Sequence record: SRR31156797_1282
DNA: 46,596 bases
Direction: 5' to 3' (one strand)
Numbering within the stretch: the stretch's first letter is position 1; each line of letters opens with the position of its first letter. Made by a program: the position numbers and the translations under genes. This document shows, one piece after another, positions 18,571 through 27,904 of the stretch. Under the pieces are notes generated by a model. That model was not told the origin of the DNA. It was given only the letters and a program-made list of their open reading frames with translations, and did not search any database.

Positions 18571-18957
18571 CTATTTCAACAATCCTTCATCCCTCACCAC
18601 CATTAGTATAGCAGATTGTGGCACAATGAAATACTTTTCATTATTGAATTGAATTTCATATCCTGATTTTGGCAAATAAACAGCTAAATCACCTTCTTTT
18701 GGTTGCACAGGAACATATTTCACATCATCACCCTTGGGTTTCCAGGGCTCATCATCTTCAGTCATTTTAGGCATTGGATAACCAGGTCCAACTTTAATTA
18801 CATAACCAGTTTGCACCTGTTCTTTTTCTTGCACATTAGGTGGCAAGTAAAGTCCTGATTTAGTTTTATTTTGAGGATTACGTGGTTTAACCAAAATACG
18901 GTCACCGATCAATATTACATTTGCTAATTCAGCTTTGGTTAAGTCTTCAGGCAACAT
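18571..18957 (-). CDS. groES: GroES/Cpn10-family co-chaperone (stand-alone)
   Basis: IGDRILVKP...KTKSGLYLP...GYVIKVGPG...KEGD...IL. ATG 18957 preferred over TTG 18966 because the -7 element lies at 18978-18985. Confidence 0.8.
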   Translation of the reverse strand: MLPEDLTKAELANVILIGDRILVKPRNPQNKTKSGLYLPPNVQEKEQVQTGYVIKVGPGYPMPKMTEDDEPWKPKGDDVKYVPVQPKEGDLAVYLPKSGYEIQFNNEKYFIVPQSAILMVVRDEGLLK

Positions 18958-18977
18958 AGTTTTCAAAATTTAATACG

Positions 18978-18985
18978 CAAAAATA
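18978..18985 (-). promoter_or_regulatory. Bacteroidota -7 element (TATTTTTG)
   Basis: Exact TAnnTTTG match 20 bp upstream of the groES-like ATG. Confidence 0.6.
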
Positions 18986-19065
18986 TAAATAAATCTCATT
19001 TCTTAAATGTAGCAGTTTAAATATTACATTGATTCTCAGGTTAGGGATAAAACCGAGTTTATTAT

Positions 19066-19196
19066 AATGGTTAAATTGTTAAATTGTTGTTTTTTAAACG
19101 GACTAACACCTTGTTCAGTGCTAACCTGGCTCAAATAGTTTAAGAAGAAATTAATCTTAATAAATAGCAATTTAACAAAATAACAATTCAACCATA
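19066..19196. repeat. Inverted pair of degenerate 8-bp tandem arrays (AATTGTTA-type)
   Basis: Left arm AATGGTTA-AATTGTTA-AATTGTTG (19066-19089). The right arm (19165-19196) reverse-complements to TATGGTTG-AATTGTTA-TTTTGTTA-AATTGCTA. Confidence 0.55.
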
Positions 19197-19287
19197 CTAA
19201 TTGTAGGCTAATTCATTTTCAACAAAAACCACATATAACTAGTTAAAATCCATAATCTATAAACCAAAATCTAACATCTATTTTTAC

Positions 19288-19295
19288 TATCTTTG
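19288..19295 (+). promoter_or_regulatory. Bacteroidota -7 element (TATCTTTG) for argS
   Basis: Exact TAnnTTTG match. It contains the TTG used by the ORF track, which supports ATG 19317 as the true start. Confidence 0.65.
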
Positions 19296-19316
19296 CCGCT
19301 CATAAAATTTTGCCAC

Positions 19317-21107
19317 ATGATCAACATTGAACAACAATTAAAAAACGAAATTAAAAAGGGTTTAGAGATTATTTTCGATCAACCAATCGAAGACAAATTG
19401 GTTCAAATTCAGAAAACAAGACCAGATTTTGAAGGAGAATTTACGTTGGTTGTATTTCCATTGGTTCGATTAGCTAAATCTAAACCGGAAGATGCTGGTG
19501 AAAAAATTGGCAATTATTTGGTAGAAAACTCACAAATTTTCGAGAAGTTCAATGTGGTTAAAGGGTTTCTAAATTTAAGCCTTTCAGATAGTTTTTGGTT
19601 GAACGCTCTTCAACAAATTAAAAAGACTGATAATTTCGGGATTAAAGAAAAGACATCAGAGAGCTCACGCATTATGATTGAGTACTCCTCGCCTAACACC
19701 AACAAGCCACTGCATTTGGGGCACATTCGTAATAATTTACTTGGGTTTGCGGTATCGCGCATCCTGGAAGCTTGTGGCAATGAAGTTGTTAAAGTTAATT
19801 TGGTAAATGACAGAGGTATTCATATTTGCAAATCCATGTTGGCCTGGCAAAAATGGGGAGAAGGAAAAACACCCGAAAATCTCAATATGAAAGGCGATAA
19901 ATTAGTTGGTGATTTCTATGTAAAGTTCGATCAGGAATATAAAAAAGAAATTAAAAGTCAAATAGAACAAGGAAAAACTGAAGATGAAGCCAAAGAGCAA
20001 GCTCCCTTGATTCTGAAAGCCCGTGAAATGCTGCGTAAATGGGAGGCGAAAGATCCTGAAGTAGTTGCTTTATGGGAAACAATGAACAATTGGGTATACG
20101 CTGGATTTGATATCACATACAAAAACCTTGGAATTGAATTTGATAAGATTTATTACGAATCAAATACATACAAATTAGGAAAGTCACTGGTATTAGAAAA
20201 TCTTGAAAAAGGTCTGCTCATTCAAAAAGATGATAAGTCAGTATGGGCTGATCTTACAGCTGATAAACTAGATGAAAAGATACTATTACGTAGTGATGGC
20301 ACTTCTGTTTACATGACTCAGGATTTGGGAACTGCTGTTCAACGCTTCGAAGATTACGACATCGACAAACATATCTATGTGGTTGGAAATGAGCAGGATT
20401 ATCACTTTAAAGTATTATCACTCGTTTTGAAAAAAATGGGTTATGAATGGGCCGATCAAATGTACCACTTATCATATGGCATGGTTGAACTACCTTCAGG
20501 TAAAATGAAGTCCCGTGAAGGAACTGTTGTCGATGCAGATGACTTAATTGCTGGCATGATTGATACGGCTGCAAAGGCTTCTGAGGAATCAGGAAAACTC
20601 GCCGGTTTACCTCAAGAAGAAGTCCAAGAGGTTCATAAAATGGTTGCCCTGGGTGCTCTAAAATATTTCATCCTAAAAGTTGACCCTAAGAAAAATATGC
20701 TTTTCAATCCGGAAGAATCTATTGATTTCAACGGAAACACCGGTCCTTTTATTCAATACACTCATGCACGCATTCAGTCAATCATTCGAAAAGCAAACTT
20801 AGGAGGGCAACTCCCGGATTTCGATATGAATATTGAATTACAGGAAAAAGAACAGGCTCTAATTCAAATGATTGGACAATTCCCATCCGTTGTTGAAGAA
20901 GCTGGAGAAAATTTAAATCCAGGGGCCATAGCCAACTACCTGTATGAACTGGTTAAAGCATACAACCAGTTTTATCACGAGCATTCAGTACTCAACGAAT
21001 CAGACGAGGCGATTAAAAACTTGAGATTAAATCTTTCAGCCCAAACTGGTAATGTTATTAAAAAAGGTATGTGGTTGTTGGGCATTAATGTGCCGGAAAG
21101 AATGTAA
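19317..21107 (+). CDS. argS: Arginine--tRNA ligase
   Basis: EYSSPNTNKPLHLGHIRN (HIGH), YVVGNEQDYHF, GKMKSREG (KMSK), GNTGPFIQYTHARI, C-terminal PERM. Confidence 0.97.
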   Translation: MINIEQQLKNEIKKGLEIIFDQPIEDKLVQIQKTRPDFEGEFTLVVFPLVRLAKSKPEDAGEKIGNYLVENSQIFEKFNVVKGFLNLSLSDSFWLNALQQIKKTDNFGIKEKTSESSRIMIEYSSPNTNKPLHLGHIRNNLLGFAVSRILEACGNEVVKVNLVNDRGIHICKSMLAWQKWGEGKTPENLNMKGDKLVGDFYVKFDQEYKKEIKSQIEQGKTEDEAKEQAPLILKAREMLRKWEAKDPEVVALWETMNNWVYAGFDITYKNLGIEFDKIYYESNTYKLGKSLVLENLEKGLLIQKDDKSVWADLTADKLDEKILLRSDGTSVYMTQDLGTAVQRFEDYDIDKHIYVVGNEQDYHFKVLSLVLKKMGYEWADQMYHLSYGMVELPSGKMKSREGTVVDADDLIAGMIDTAAKASEESGKLAGLPQEEVQEVHKMVALGALKYFILKVDPKKNMLFNPEESIDFNGNTGPFIQYTHARIQSIIRKANLGGQLPDFDMNIELQEKEQALIQMIGQFPSVVEEAGENLNPGAIANYLYELVKAYNQFYHEHSVLNESDEAIKNLRLNLSAQTGNVIKKGMWLLGINVPERM

Positions 21108-21115
21108 TAACAAGA

Positions 21116-21148
21116 AATATCTCCAATTACACTATTAACCGAGATATT
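21116..21148. terminator. Putative terminator between convergent argS and the GNAT-RimK gene
   Basis: Inverted repeat AATATCTC (21116-21123) / GAGATATT (21141-21148), with a T-rich tail on the minus strand. Confidence 0.45.
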
Positions 21149-21152
21149 AAGT

Positions 21153-23114
21153 TTACTTATTTTTAATCAAATTGATTTTGCGTATATTTTTAGCAATTTC
21201 AATACGATCTATAATTGATTCAATGATTAAATCATACAATTCATTCTGTAAAACAATATCTTCTACTCCTGCATCAATATTAGGATTATCATTTACTTCA
21301 ATTACATAAACTTTACCATCTAAATATTTCAAATCAACACCATAAAGACCATCACCGATAAGCGCAGCAGCCTTTTGTGCCGTTTGTAATACTTCAAAAG
21401 GTACCTGATCAATTGGTATAGTTTCTGAGTTCCCTGATTTATCTTCTTCATCACTATTCCAATCATAAATTTGCCAGTGATTCTTTGACATATAATATTT
21501 ACAAGCAAAAATGGCCTTATTATCTAAGATTCCAATTCTCCAATCAAATTCAGAATACATAAACTCCTGACAAACAACCATGTCAGTCTTTTTAAACAAA
21601 TTCACAATAACTTCGCTTGCCTCCTTACTATTATTAGCTTTAGTAACACCCAGTGAAAATGCGCTATCAGGCTGTTTGATCACAATTGGATAATTAAAAG
21701 CATCGAGTTGCTTTTTATTAAAAAGATTTTTTGTGATAATAAATGAGTTAGGTATTCTTATCCTATTTTTCTTAAAAAGTTCGTATTGGTATATTTTATT
21801 TGAACATCGCAATATTGACCACGGATCATCGATTACAACTAACCCTTCGGCATATGCCAATCTGGAAAACTCATATGTATAATGGTTTACATTAGTAGTT
21901 TCTCTGATTAAAAGTGCGTCAAACTCATTAATTTTATTTCTATCATCTTTGGTTATTAACTCTACATATAAACCTTTTTTGTTTGCTGCATTTTTTAGTT
22001 TTTCCAGAGCTTCTCTATTGGAGGGAGGGTTTTCTTCATCTGGATTAACTAATATGGCTAAATCATATTTATAGTTTGTTAAATGTGGATAATTATGTCT
22101 TTTTTTATTAAAAAATTCAGCAGCGAACTTGTACATAATCTCCTTTTGCTCCGTTGCAAGATTTTTAAATCTTAACTCTTTAATACTCTTAATCAACCAC
22201 TTATCATGATTAACAAAGTTAACTCTAAGCATTGGCACCTCAAAAACCTGATATAATCTTGCTGCCAAGGCCTTATATCCTTTAGTAGCTGTATGTCCGA
22301 AATATATATCCAAAGAAAATGCACTTTGCTTTTCATCAACCAACAAACGGTTAATCATATCATTTAGCTCAAAAACCACTGATTGAACAACGGTAAAAAT
22401 ACCAAGATCACGAATAGTTGTAGTTGTAGGAATCACTCTTTGACCGCGTGCTGATGCTAATAAGGACACATAATAGCCGTAACTTTGGTATTTATTTGAG
22501 CTACATAAATTGAAAACTCGGTAATTCGGATTATTCTGATACTGTATATCACTAATGTACTCTTTTACAGATATTATTTCAGCTTTAATATCCACTCTTT
22601 CCCATTTAAATGGCTGTTCAATTACAATCAAGTTCTTATTTTTCTTTTCAATTTGTCGTTCATTGAAATTAAAAACCATTTTGTAAGCGTCTTCTCCTTC
22701 AGCGTAATAATCAGGAAGTTTCTCCAACAATTCAAATCCATTTGATCTATACCAATCGACCAATTGTTTATTTTCAGAACTTACTTCAAGAATAATACTA
22801 TTAAAATTGTAGGACTGGGCAAATGATTTTACATACTGAACAACGTCATTTCCAATACCTTTACCCCTCCATTTTTCAATAATAGCAATTGAGTATATAC
22901 GCAAGGCAAATTTGTATTTAAACAAAACTACAGCACCAATAGGGTGATGACCATCTTCAATACTTTCAACAATTACAATTTCCTGAAAAGTACTATGAAT
23001 ACCTCGTTTTAATGTTTGTTTTGTGCTTTGTTGAAAAGGTTTGAAAGCTTCTTTTTCAAGCGCTAAAAGAAATGGAAGGTCCTCTTCTTTTGCAATTCTA
23101 AATTGTAAACTCAT
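21153..23114 (-). CDS. Fusion: RimI-like GNAT acetyltransferase + RLAN domain + RimK-like ATP-grasp ligase
   Basis: GNAT: WRGKGIG, LEVSSEN, DYYAEGEDAYKM. RLAN: NLCSSNKYQSYGYYVSLLASARG. ATP-grasp: DALLIRETT, VIDDPWSILRCSNK, KQPDSAFSLGV, QEFMYSEFDWRIG, GLYGVDLK, IEVNDNPNID. Confidence 0.88.
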   Translation of the reverse strand: MSLQFRIAKEEDLPFLLALEKEAFKPFQQSTKQTLKRGIHSTFQEIVIVESIEDGHHPIGAVVLFKYKFALRIYSIAIIEKWRGKGIGNDVVQYVKSFAQSYNFNSIILEVSSENKQLVDWYRSNGFELLEKLPDYYAEGEDAYKMVFNFNERQIEKKNKNLIVIEQPFKWERVDIKAEIISVKEYISDIQYQNNPNYRVFNLCSSNKYQSYGYYVSLLASARGQRVIPTTTTIRDLGIFTVVQSVVFELNDMINRLLVDEKQSAFSLDIYFGHTATKGYKALAARLYQVFEVPMLRVNFVNHDKWLIKSIKELRFKNLATEQKEIMYKFAAEFFNKKRHNYPHLTNYKYDLAILVNPDEENPPSNREALEKLKNAANKKGLYVELITKDDRNKINEFDALLIRETTNVNHYTYEFSRLAYAEGLVVIDDPWSILRCSNKIYQYELFKKNRIRIPNSFIITKNLFNKKQLDAFNYPIVIKQPDSAFSLGVTKANNSKEASEVIVNLFKKTDMVVCQEFMYSEFDWRIGILDNKAIFACKYYMSKNHWQIYDWNSDEEDKSGNSETIPIDQVPFEVLQTAQKAAALIGDGLYGVDLKYLDGKVYVIEVNDNPNIDAGVEDIVLQNELYDLIIESIIDRIEIAKNIRKINLIKNK

Positions 23115-23212
23115 TAGTCTAAAAATAATTCCTTAATCATAGATGGTATGAAATAGGAGCAAAAATCAAATGTAACTAATAAAACAAATAAAAACTTCGA
23201 AAAGCATAAAAA

Positions 23213-24643
23213 TTAATAGTCATTGGCAATTCTTGTAAGAAGCTCACTTACAGTACCTATCTCAATAAATGACGCTCCTTTACCTCTTCCAAAACTACCT
23301 GCAATAACCACAATTTTATCTGAGCTGTGCACATACTCTTTTTGAAGTAAATGAGCTAAACCCGATCGAATAAATTCATCTGGAGTATTGCGTTGATCAA
23401 TAAAGTTTACATGAACTCCATATGATAAAGCCAGTGTACGCATGGTTTTTCTATCATATGCCATAGCATAAATGGGTCTCTTGCCCCTAAAACCTGAAAG
23501 GTTTCGGATAGTTCTACCCGATGTAGTATCAGCCACAATAGCCTGCGTATCCAATGTGGTGGCGGCTTCAACTGCTGATTGACATAGCCAGCCTGACACT
23601 TTTGAAGCTAGCGCTGCAACTGGCAAATCTTCAGCATAGCATCCTTTATTTTGTTCTACCTCCTTAGCTACCTTGGCCATCATTCTTACAGACTCCACAG
23701 GATACTTGCCATAAGCAGTCTCGCCACTCAACATCACAGCATCTGTCCCATCGTAGATCGCTGTAGCAATATCACTTACTTCAGCACGGGTTGGTCTTGG
23801 ATTCTCGATCATGCTATGAAGCATTTGAGTAGCAGTAATTACTACTTTACGTCGCTCCATGCACTTGCGTATTATTTGCTTCTGAATCATTGGAATGCGT
23901 TCACGAGGTACTTCAATGGCCAAATCACCACGAGCAATCATTACACCATGCACCACATCCAATATTTCATCGATATTATCAATACCCTGTTGATTTTCAA
24001 TTTTAGCAATAATTTTTATAGGGCTATTCACCTCATCTAGTATACGTTGTACAGCCATCACATCTTCTTTATTGCGTACAAATGAATGAGCAATAAAATC
24101 AAGATTATGTTCAGCTGCAAACTGAATAAATCCTTTATCTTTTTCGCTTAGCGCAGGAAGTTTTATATGAGCGGAAGGAATATTCACACTTTTACGACCT
24201 TTGATGTAGCCTTGATTTTTCACCTCACAAAACAATGTATCATCCTCTTTACCAACAACTTCTAATTCAATATCACCATCATCAATCAGTATAAAACTAC
24301 CAACTGCTACATCATCCACAAAACCACGGTAAGAGACATATATTAAATCACTGGTTGAAATCCCATTGGGATCTCCTTTCATTTTAATGAGTTGCTTAGC
24401 TTTTACAGGGAATTTCTCGTCAGATTTTGTTGTTCTTATTTCAGGCCCTTTTGTATCTAACAAAAGTGCAATTTTATCTGAAACCTTTCTAACATTATTT
24501 ATAACCTTTAATGTCTCTTCATGACTCTGATGGGCTGTATTCAATCTTACTACATTCATTCCTTCCTGGTATAATTGTTTCAGAAAGTCAGGATCACATT
24601 TTAGGTCAGATATTGTTGCTACTATTTTTGTTAGTTTTTTCAT
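23213..24643 (-). CDS. pyk: Pyruvate kinase
   Basis: TKIVATI, RLNTAH, LLDTKGPEIRT, IAKIEN, MIARGDLAIE, ATQMLHSM, PTRAEVSD, AVMLSGETA. Confidence 0.97.
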   Translation of the reverse strand: MKKLTKIVATISDLKCDPDFLKQLYQEGMNVVRLNTAHQSHEETLKVINNVRKVSDKIALLLDTKGPEIRTTKSDEKFPVKAKQLIKMKGDPNGISTSDLIYVSYRGFVDDVAVGSFILIDDGDIELEVVGKEDDTLFCEVKNQGYIKGRKSVNIPSAHIKLPALSEKDKGFIQFAAEHNLDFIAHSFVRNKEDVMAVQRILDEVNSPIKIIAKIENQQGIDNIDEILDVVHGVMIARGDLAIEVPRERIPMIQKQIIRKCMERRKVVITATQMLHSMIENPRPTRAEVSDIATAIYDGTDAVMLSGETAYGKYPVESVRMMAKVAKEVEQNKGCYAEDLPVAALASKVSGWLCQSAVEAATTLDTQAIVADTTSGRTIRNLSGFRGKRPIYAMAYDRKTMRTLALSYGVHVNFIDQRNTPDEFIRSGLAHLLQKEYVHSSDKIVVIAGSFGRGKGASFIEIGTVSELLTRIANDY

Positions 24644-24730
24644 CTCAATTTGATCTTTAATCTTTATTTGATCACTAAGTTACTTCAGTTCACTAAATAA
24701 TTAATTATGCAAATACTAAAAATTTGTGAA

Positions 24731-25663
24731 CTAATTACCATTCAATTGGTCAGGGGATATTCTCACTACAGGATTTTCTTCACGAAACTTATCATATAGC
24801 TGTTTAACAATTCCATCCGAAAGACCCATTCTTGGAACAAAAACTCTCTTGCTATTGGAGTGTTTAAATGCCCATAAAAATATTTTTGTCGCAGGAATAA
24901 TAACATCAGCACGATGTGGATTTAATCGCAGTACAGAAATACGTTCTTCGAATGTAAAACGCTTCAAATAATCATACATGTGCTTCAACTCAGAAGGATT
25001 AATGGTTTCACCGTATTTTTTACCCATCAATTTAAAAAGTTTATTGATGTTTCCACCAGAACCAATAAGGGATGTATCTTTCAATTTTGTAGCTTGTTGA
25101 CGCATAAATCCTTTAAAACGGTCAACTTCAGCAGCATCAACTGACTGACTAAGCATACGCACTGTTCCAATATTGAACGACTCCTGCTCAACTTTTGCAT
25201 TTTTTGATACAACGGTTACTTCTGTGCTACCCCCACCCACGTCTACATACAAATAGTCTTTATTGGGATCAAGCATTTGAGCTACACCTGTATTAAATAT
25301 TATCTCTGCTTCTTCTTTACCGGTAATTATTTCAAGGTCTATTCCAATTTTGTTTCTAATTTCAGAAATAAGTTCAGGTCCGTTCTTTGCTTCACGCATC
25401 GCTGATGTGGCACAAGCACGGTAGTCTAAAATATTATAAGCTTGCATTATATGTTGATAGCCCTCCATTGCATGTATTAATTTATCACATTTTACGGAGC
25501 TTATCACCTGATCTTTAAACACATCAGCACCAAGCCTTATGGGTATTCGAATCAATGATACTTTTTTAAAAGTAGTTTCTTCAGGATATTCAATTGCATT
25601 CATTACTAATAAACGAATAGCATTGGATCCTATATCTATTGCTCCAAAGGGAAGAAAATTCAT
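24731..25663 (-). CDS. ppx: Exopolyphosphatase, Ppx/GppA family (short form)
   Basis: AIDIGSNAIRL, ATSAMREA, GKEEA, DVGGGSTE, RADVI. 6 bp downstream of ppk1. Confidence 0.92.
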   Translation of the reverse strand: MNFLPFGAIDIGSNAIRLLVMNAIEYPEETTFKKVSLIRIPIRLGADVFKDQVISSVKCDKLIHAMEGYQHIMQAYNILDYRACATSAMREAKNGPELISEIRNKIGIDLEIITGKEEAEIIFNTGVAQMLDPNKDYLYVDVGGGSTEVTVVSKNAKVEQESFNIGTVRMLSQSVDAAEVDRFKGFMRQQATKLKDTSLIGSGGNINKLFKLMGKKYGETINPSELKHMYDYLKRFTFEERISVLRLNPHRADVIIPATKIFLWAFKHSNSKRVFVPRMGLSDGIVKQLYDKFREENPVVRISPDQLNGN

Positions 25664-25669
25664 GCAGAC

Positions 25670-27742
25670 TTATTTCAAATTCTTAAGATAATCGTAATAT
25701 TCGATTTGAGCTCGGTGTTCCTTTTGGGTTCTGGTCGTTTTATATTTATTTTTTTGCTCGGAATCCAGAATACGTGCTTTAGTATTATCACGCCATTGTA
25801 TATCAAATTGAGCTCTTAACTCTTTCTTAATATCATCATCATAAACCGGACATGCTACTTCAACTCGATGATCAAGGTTACGTGTCATCCAATCAGCTGA
25901 AGTTATAAAGAATTGCTCATCGCCATCATTTCCAAAAATAATAAACCTACTGTGCTCAAGATACTTATCTACAATACTAATACCTTCAATATTGTCACTC
26001 ATATCTTTAACTCCAGGCTTCAGTGAACATATACCTCGCACGATAAGACGAATTTTCACACCTGCCCTACTTGCAGAATATAAGTGATTAATCATTCCCT
26101 GATCCACAAGGTTATTCAGTTTAATATCGATATATGCTTCTTTCCCATTCTTTGCATTGCGGATTTCATTGCTAATCATCTGCATAAAATGCTTACGCAT
26201 GGTATAAGGTGAAACCACCAAATGACGATAATTAAAACGACGGTAATTGTGTTTTAGGAATTCAAAAACCTTGGTTACCTCTGCCGTAATTTGTCTGTTT
26301 GTGGTAAACATTCCTTCATCACAGTAAATATTTGAAGTGCCCTCATGGAAATTACCGGTACCGATATATGCATAGCTTTTTATCCTTCCGCTCTCTTTTC
26401 TGTGAATCAGAAAAATTTTACTATGTACTTTTAAACCCTGCACGCCATGAATAACCCTTACCCCAACTTCCTGTAGTTTTTCAGACCATTTCAAGTTAGC
26501 TTTTTCATCGAAGCGAGCCAACAATTCGATAAGAACCGTTACTTTTTTACCATTTTTAGCAGCATTAATTAATGCATTAATGACTTTGGAACGCTCAGCA
26601 ACACGATAAAGGGTTATTGAGATAGATGTTACATACGGATCCACAGCAGCTTCACGTAATAAATCAATGGTGTGATTAAAAGTTTGGTAAGGATAATGTA
26701 GAATAATATCCTTGTTTCTAAGCACTTTCATGATACTGCTATGCTCATCCACATCACGATGTATCAATGCTGGTGGATTTTGAACCTCCAGGTAAGCATC
26801 AACAGAAGGAAACTTTATAAAATCTTTAAAATTATGGTATATACCACCGGGTATTAAGTTATCATCCTCACCCAAATGCATGTGCTTTATAATAAACTTA
26901 CGCAAATCATCAGGCATTCGCTCATCATAAACAAGGCGCACTGGTTGACCAATATTCCTACGCTTTAATGAAATAGCCATTTTCTCCATGAAACTCATTG
27001 AAATATCATCATCTATGTCAAGCTCTGCATCACGGGTAATTTTGATGGTATACGCTTCAATTTTATCGTACTCAAACATGAAAAATATCTCATCAAGTGA
27101 GTAACGAATAATATCATCTACGATGATAATATATGTATCATCTTCAAGTCCTTGTCTTTTGGGGAGCACCACAAATCTTGGATTACTTCCACCTGGAATT
27201 TCAAGTACAGCATATTTAGTCCTTTTAGTTTTACCTTCCACAGACATCTTCACAGCAAGATATATAGCTTTATCTTTTAAATAAGGAAATGGCTTATCCT
27301 TACTCAACATAATAGGCACTATCAGTGGACTCAATTCTTTTGTGAAGTAATCTTTGGCAAATTCGCCCTGGATATTATCCAGCTGCAGCTCATCAATTAC
27401 ATGTACACCAACTTTATCCAATTCACGCAGTAACTTCTGATATATTTCACGAAATCGGTCTTGCAATTTTATAACCGTATCCTGTATTTGATCTAAAACT
27501 TCTTGCGGTGTTACATCTCCAAGGATAATTTTTGAGTCTTTACCAATATCCACTAAACGTTTCATTGTAGCAACACGTACTCTAAAAAACTCATCAAGAT
27601 TATTGGAAAAAATCCCTAGAAACCGAACCCTCTGAAGCAATGGATTCCTCTCATCATCAGCTTCTTGCAAAACCCTTTCATTAAATGAAAGCCAACTAAT
27701 TTCCCTGTTTATATAACGACTATCTTTTTTTATTTTTTGCAT
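25670..27742 (-). CDS. ppk1: Polyphosphate kinase 1
   Basis: NREISWLSFNERVL, NLDEFFRVRVA, LHYPY, ELLARFDE, KVHSK, GTGNFHE, YLEHSR, SADWMTRNLDHRVE. Confidence 0.97.
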   Translation of the reverse strand: MQKIKKDSRYINREISWLSFNERVLQEADDERNPLLQRVRFLGIFSNNLDEFFRVRVATMKRLVDIGKDSKIILGDVTPQEVLDQIQDTVIKLQDRFREIYQKLLRELDKVGVHVIDELQLDNIQGEFAKDYFTKELSPLIVPIMLSKDKPFPYLKDKAIYLAVKMSVEGKTKRTKYAVLEIPGGSNPRFVVLPKRQGLEDDTYIIIVDDIIRYSLDEIFFMFEYDKIEAYTIKITRDAELDIDDDISMSFMEKMAISLKRRNIGQPVRLVYDERMPDDLRKFIIKHMHLGEDDNLIPGGIYHNFKDFIKFPSVDAYLEVQNPPALIHRDVDEHSSIMKVLRNKDIILHYPYQTFNHTIDLLREAAVDPYVTSISITLYRVAERSKVINALINAAKNGKKVTVLIELLARFDEKANLKWSEKLQEVGVRVIHGVQGLKVHSKIFLIHRKESGRIKSYAYIGTGNFHEGTSNIYCDEGMFTTNRQITAEVTKVFEFLKHNYRRFNYRHLVVSPYTMRKHFMQMISNEIRNAKNGKEAYIDIKLNNLVDQGMINHLYSASRAGVKIRLIVRGICSLKPGVKDMSDNIEGISIVDKYLEHSRFIIFGNDGDEQFFITSADWMTRNLDHRVEVACPVYDDDIKKELRAQFDIQWRDNTKARILDSEQKNKYKTTRTQKEHRAQIEYYDYLKNLK

Positions 27743-27790
27743 GCATCAATCCATTTGAGCTGATAAAATAGTAAATGTTAAACTAAAGAA

Positions 27791-27834
27791 CAAAAATAGC
27801 GCAGAATATTTAATTTATGTAAAATAGATGTTAA
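27791..27834 (-). promoter_or_regulatory. ppk1 promoter: -7 element TATTTTTG with upstream 11-bp-period TT(A/T)ACA repeats (Pho-box-like)
   Basis: Minus strand TTAACA (27834-27829), TTTACA (27823-27818), 19 nt, TATTTTTG (27798-27791). Confidence 0.5.
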
Positions 27835-27853
27835 TTATATAAACTAATAATAT

Positions 27854-27885
27854 AAAAAAAGCCAACCTCTCAATAAAGTTGGCTT
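27854..27885 (-). terminator. Intrinsic terminator after the T9SS cargo gene
   Basis: Minus strand AAGCCAAC-TTTATTGAGAG-GTTGGC-TTTTTTT: a stem extendable by G-U pairs, followed by a T tract. Confidence 0.75.
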
Positions 27886-27904
27886 CCATTTAAATGATAC
27901 TATA

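Noticed and set aside
19066-19196. Possible CRISPR array or T-box leader upstream of argS
   Set aside because: The repeats are 8-bp contiguous units without spacers and no cas genes are present. The argS promoter lies downstream of this region, so it is not in the leader.
19271-19287. TAACATCTATTTT shared between the argS and ppk1 upstream regions
   Set aside because: Different position relative to the -7 element and a very AT-rich word, so probably chance.
23651-24040. 129-aa antisense ORF within pyk, and similar short antisense or alternate-frame ORFs in guaB, the FAD oxidoreductase, the symporter and others
   Set aside because: They are shadows of well-supported genes with no motifs or independent expression signals.
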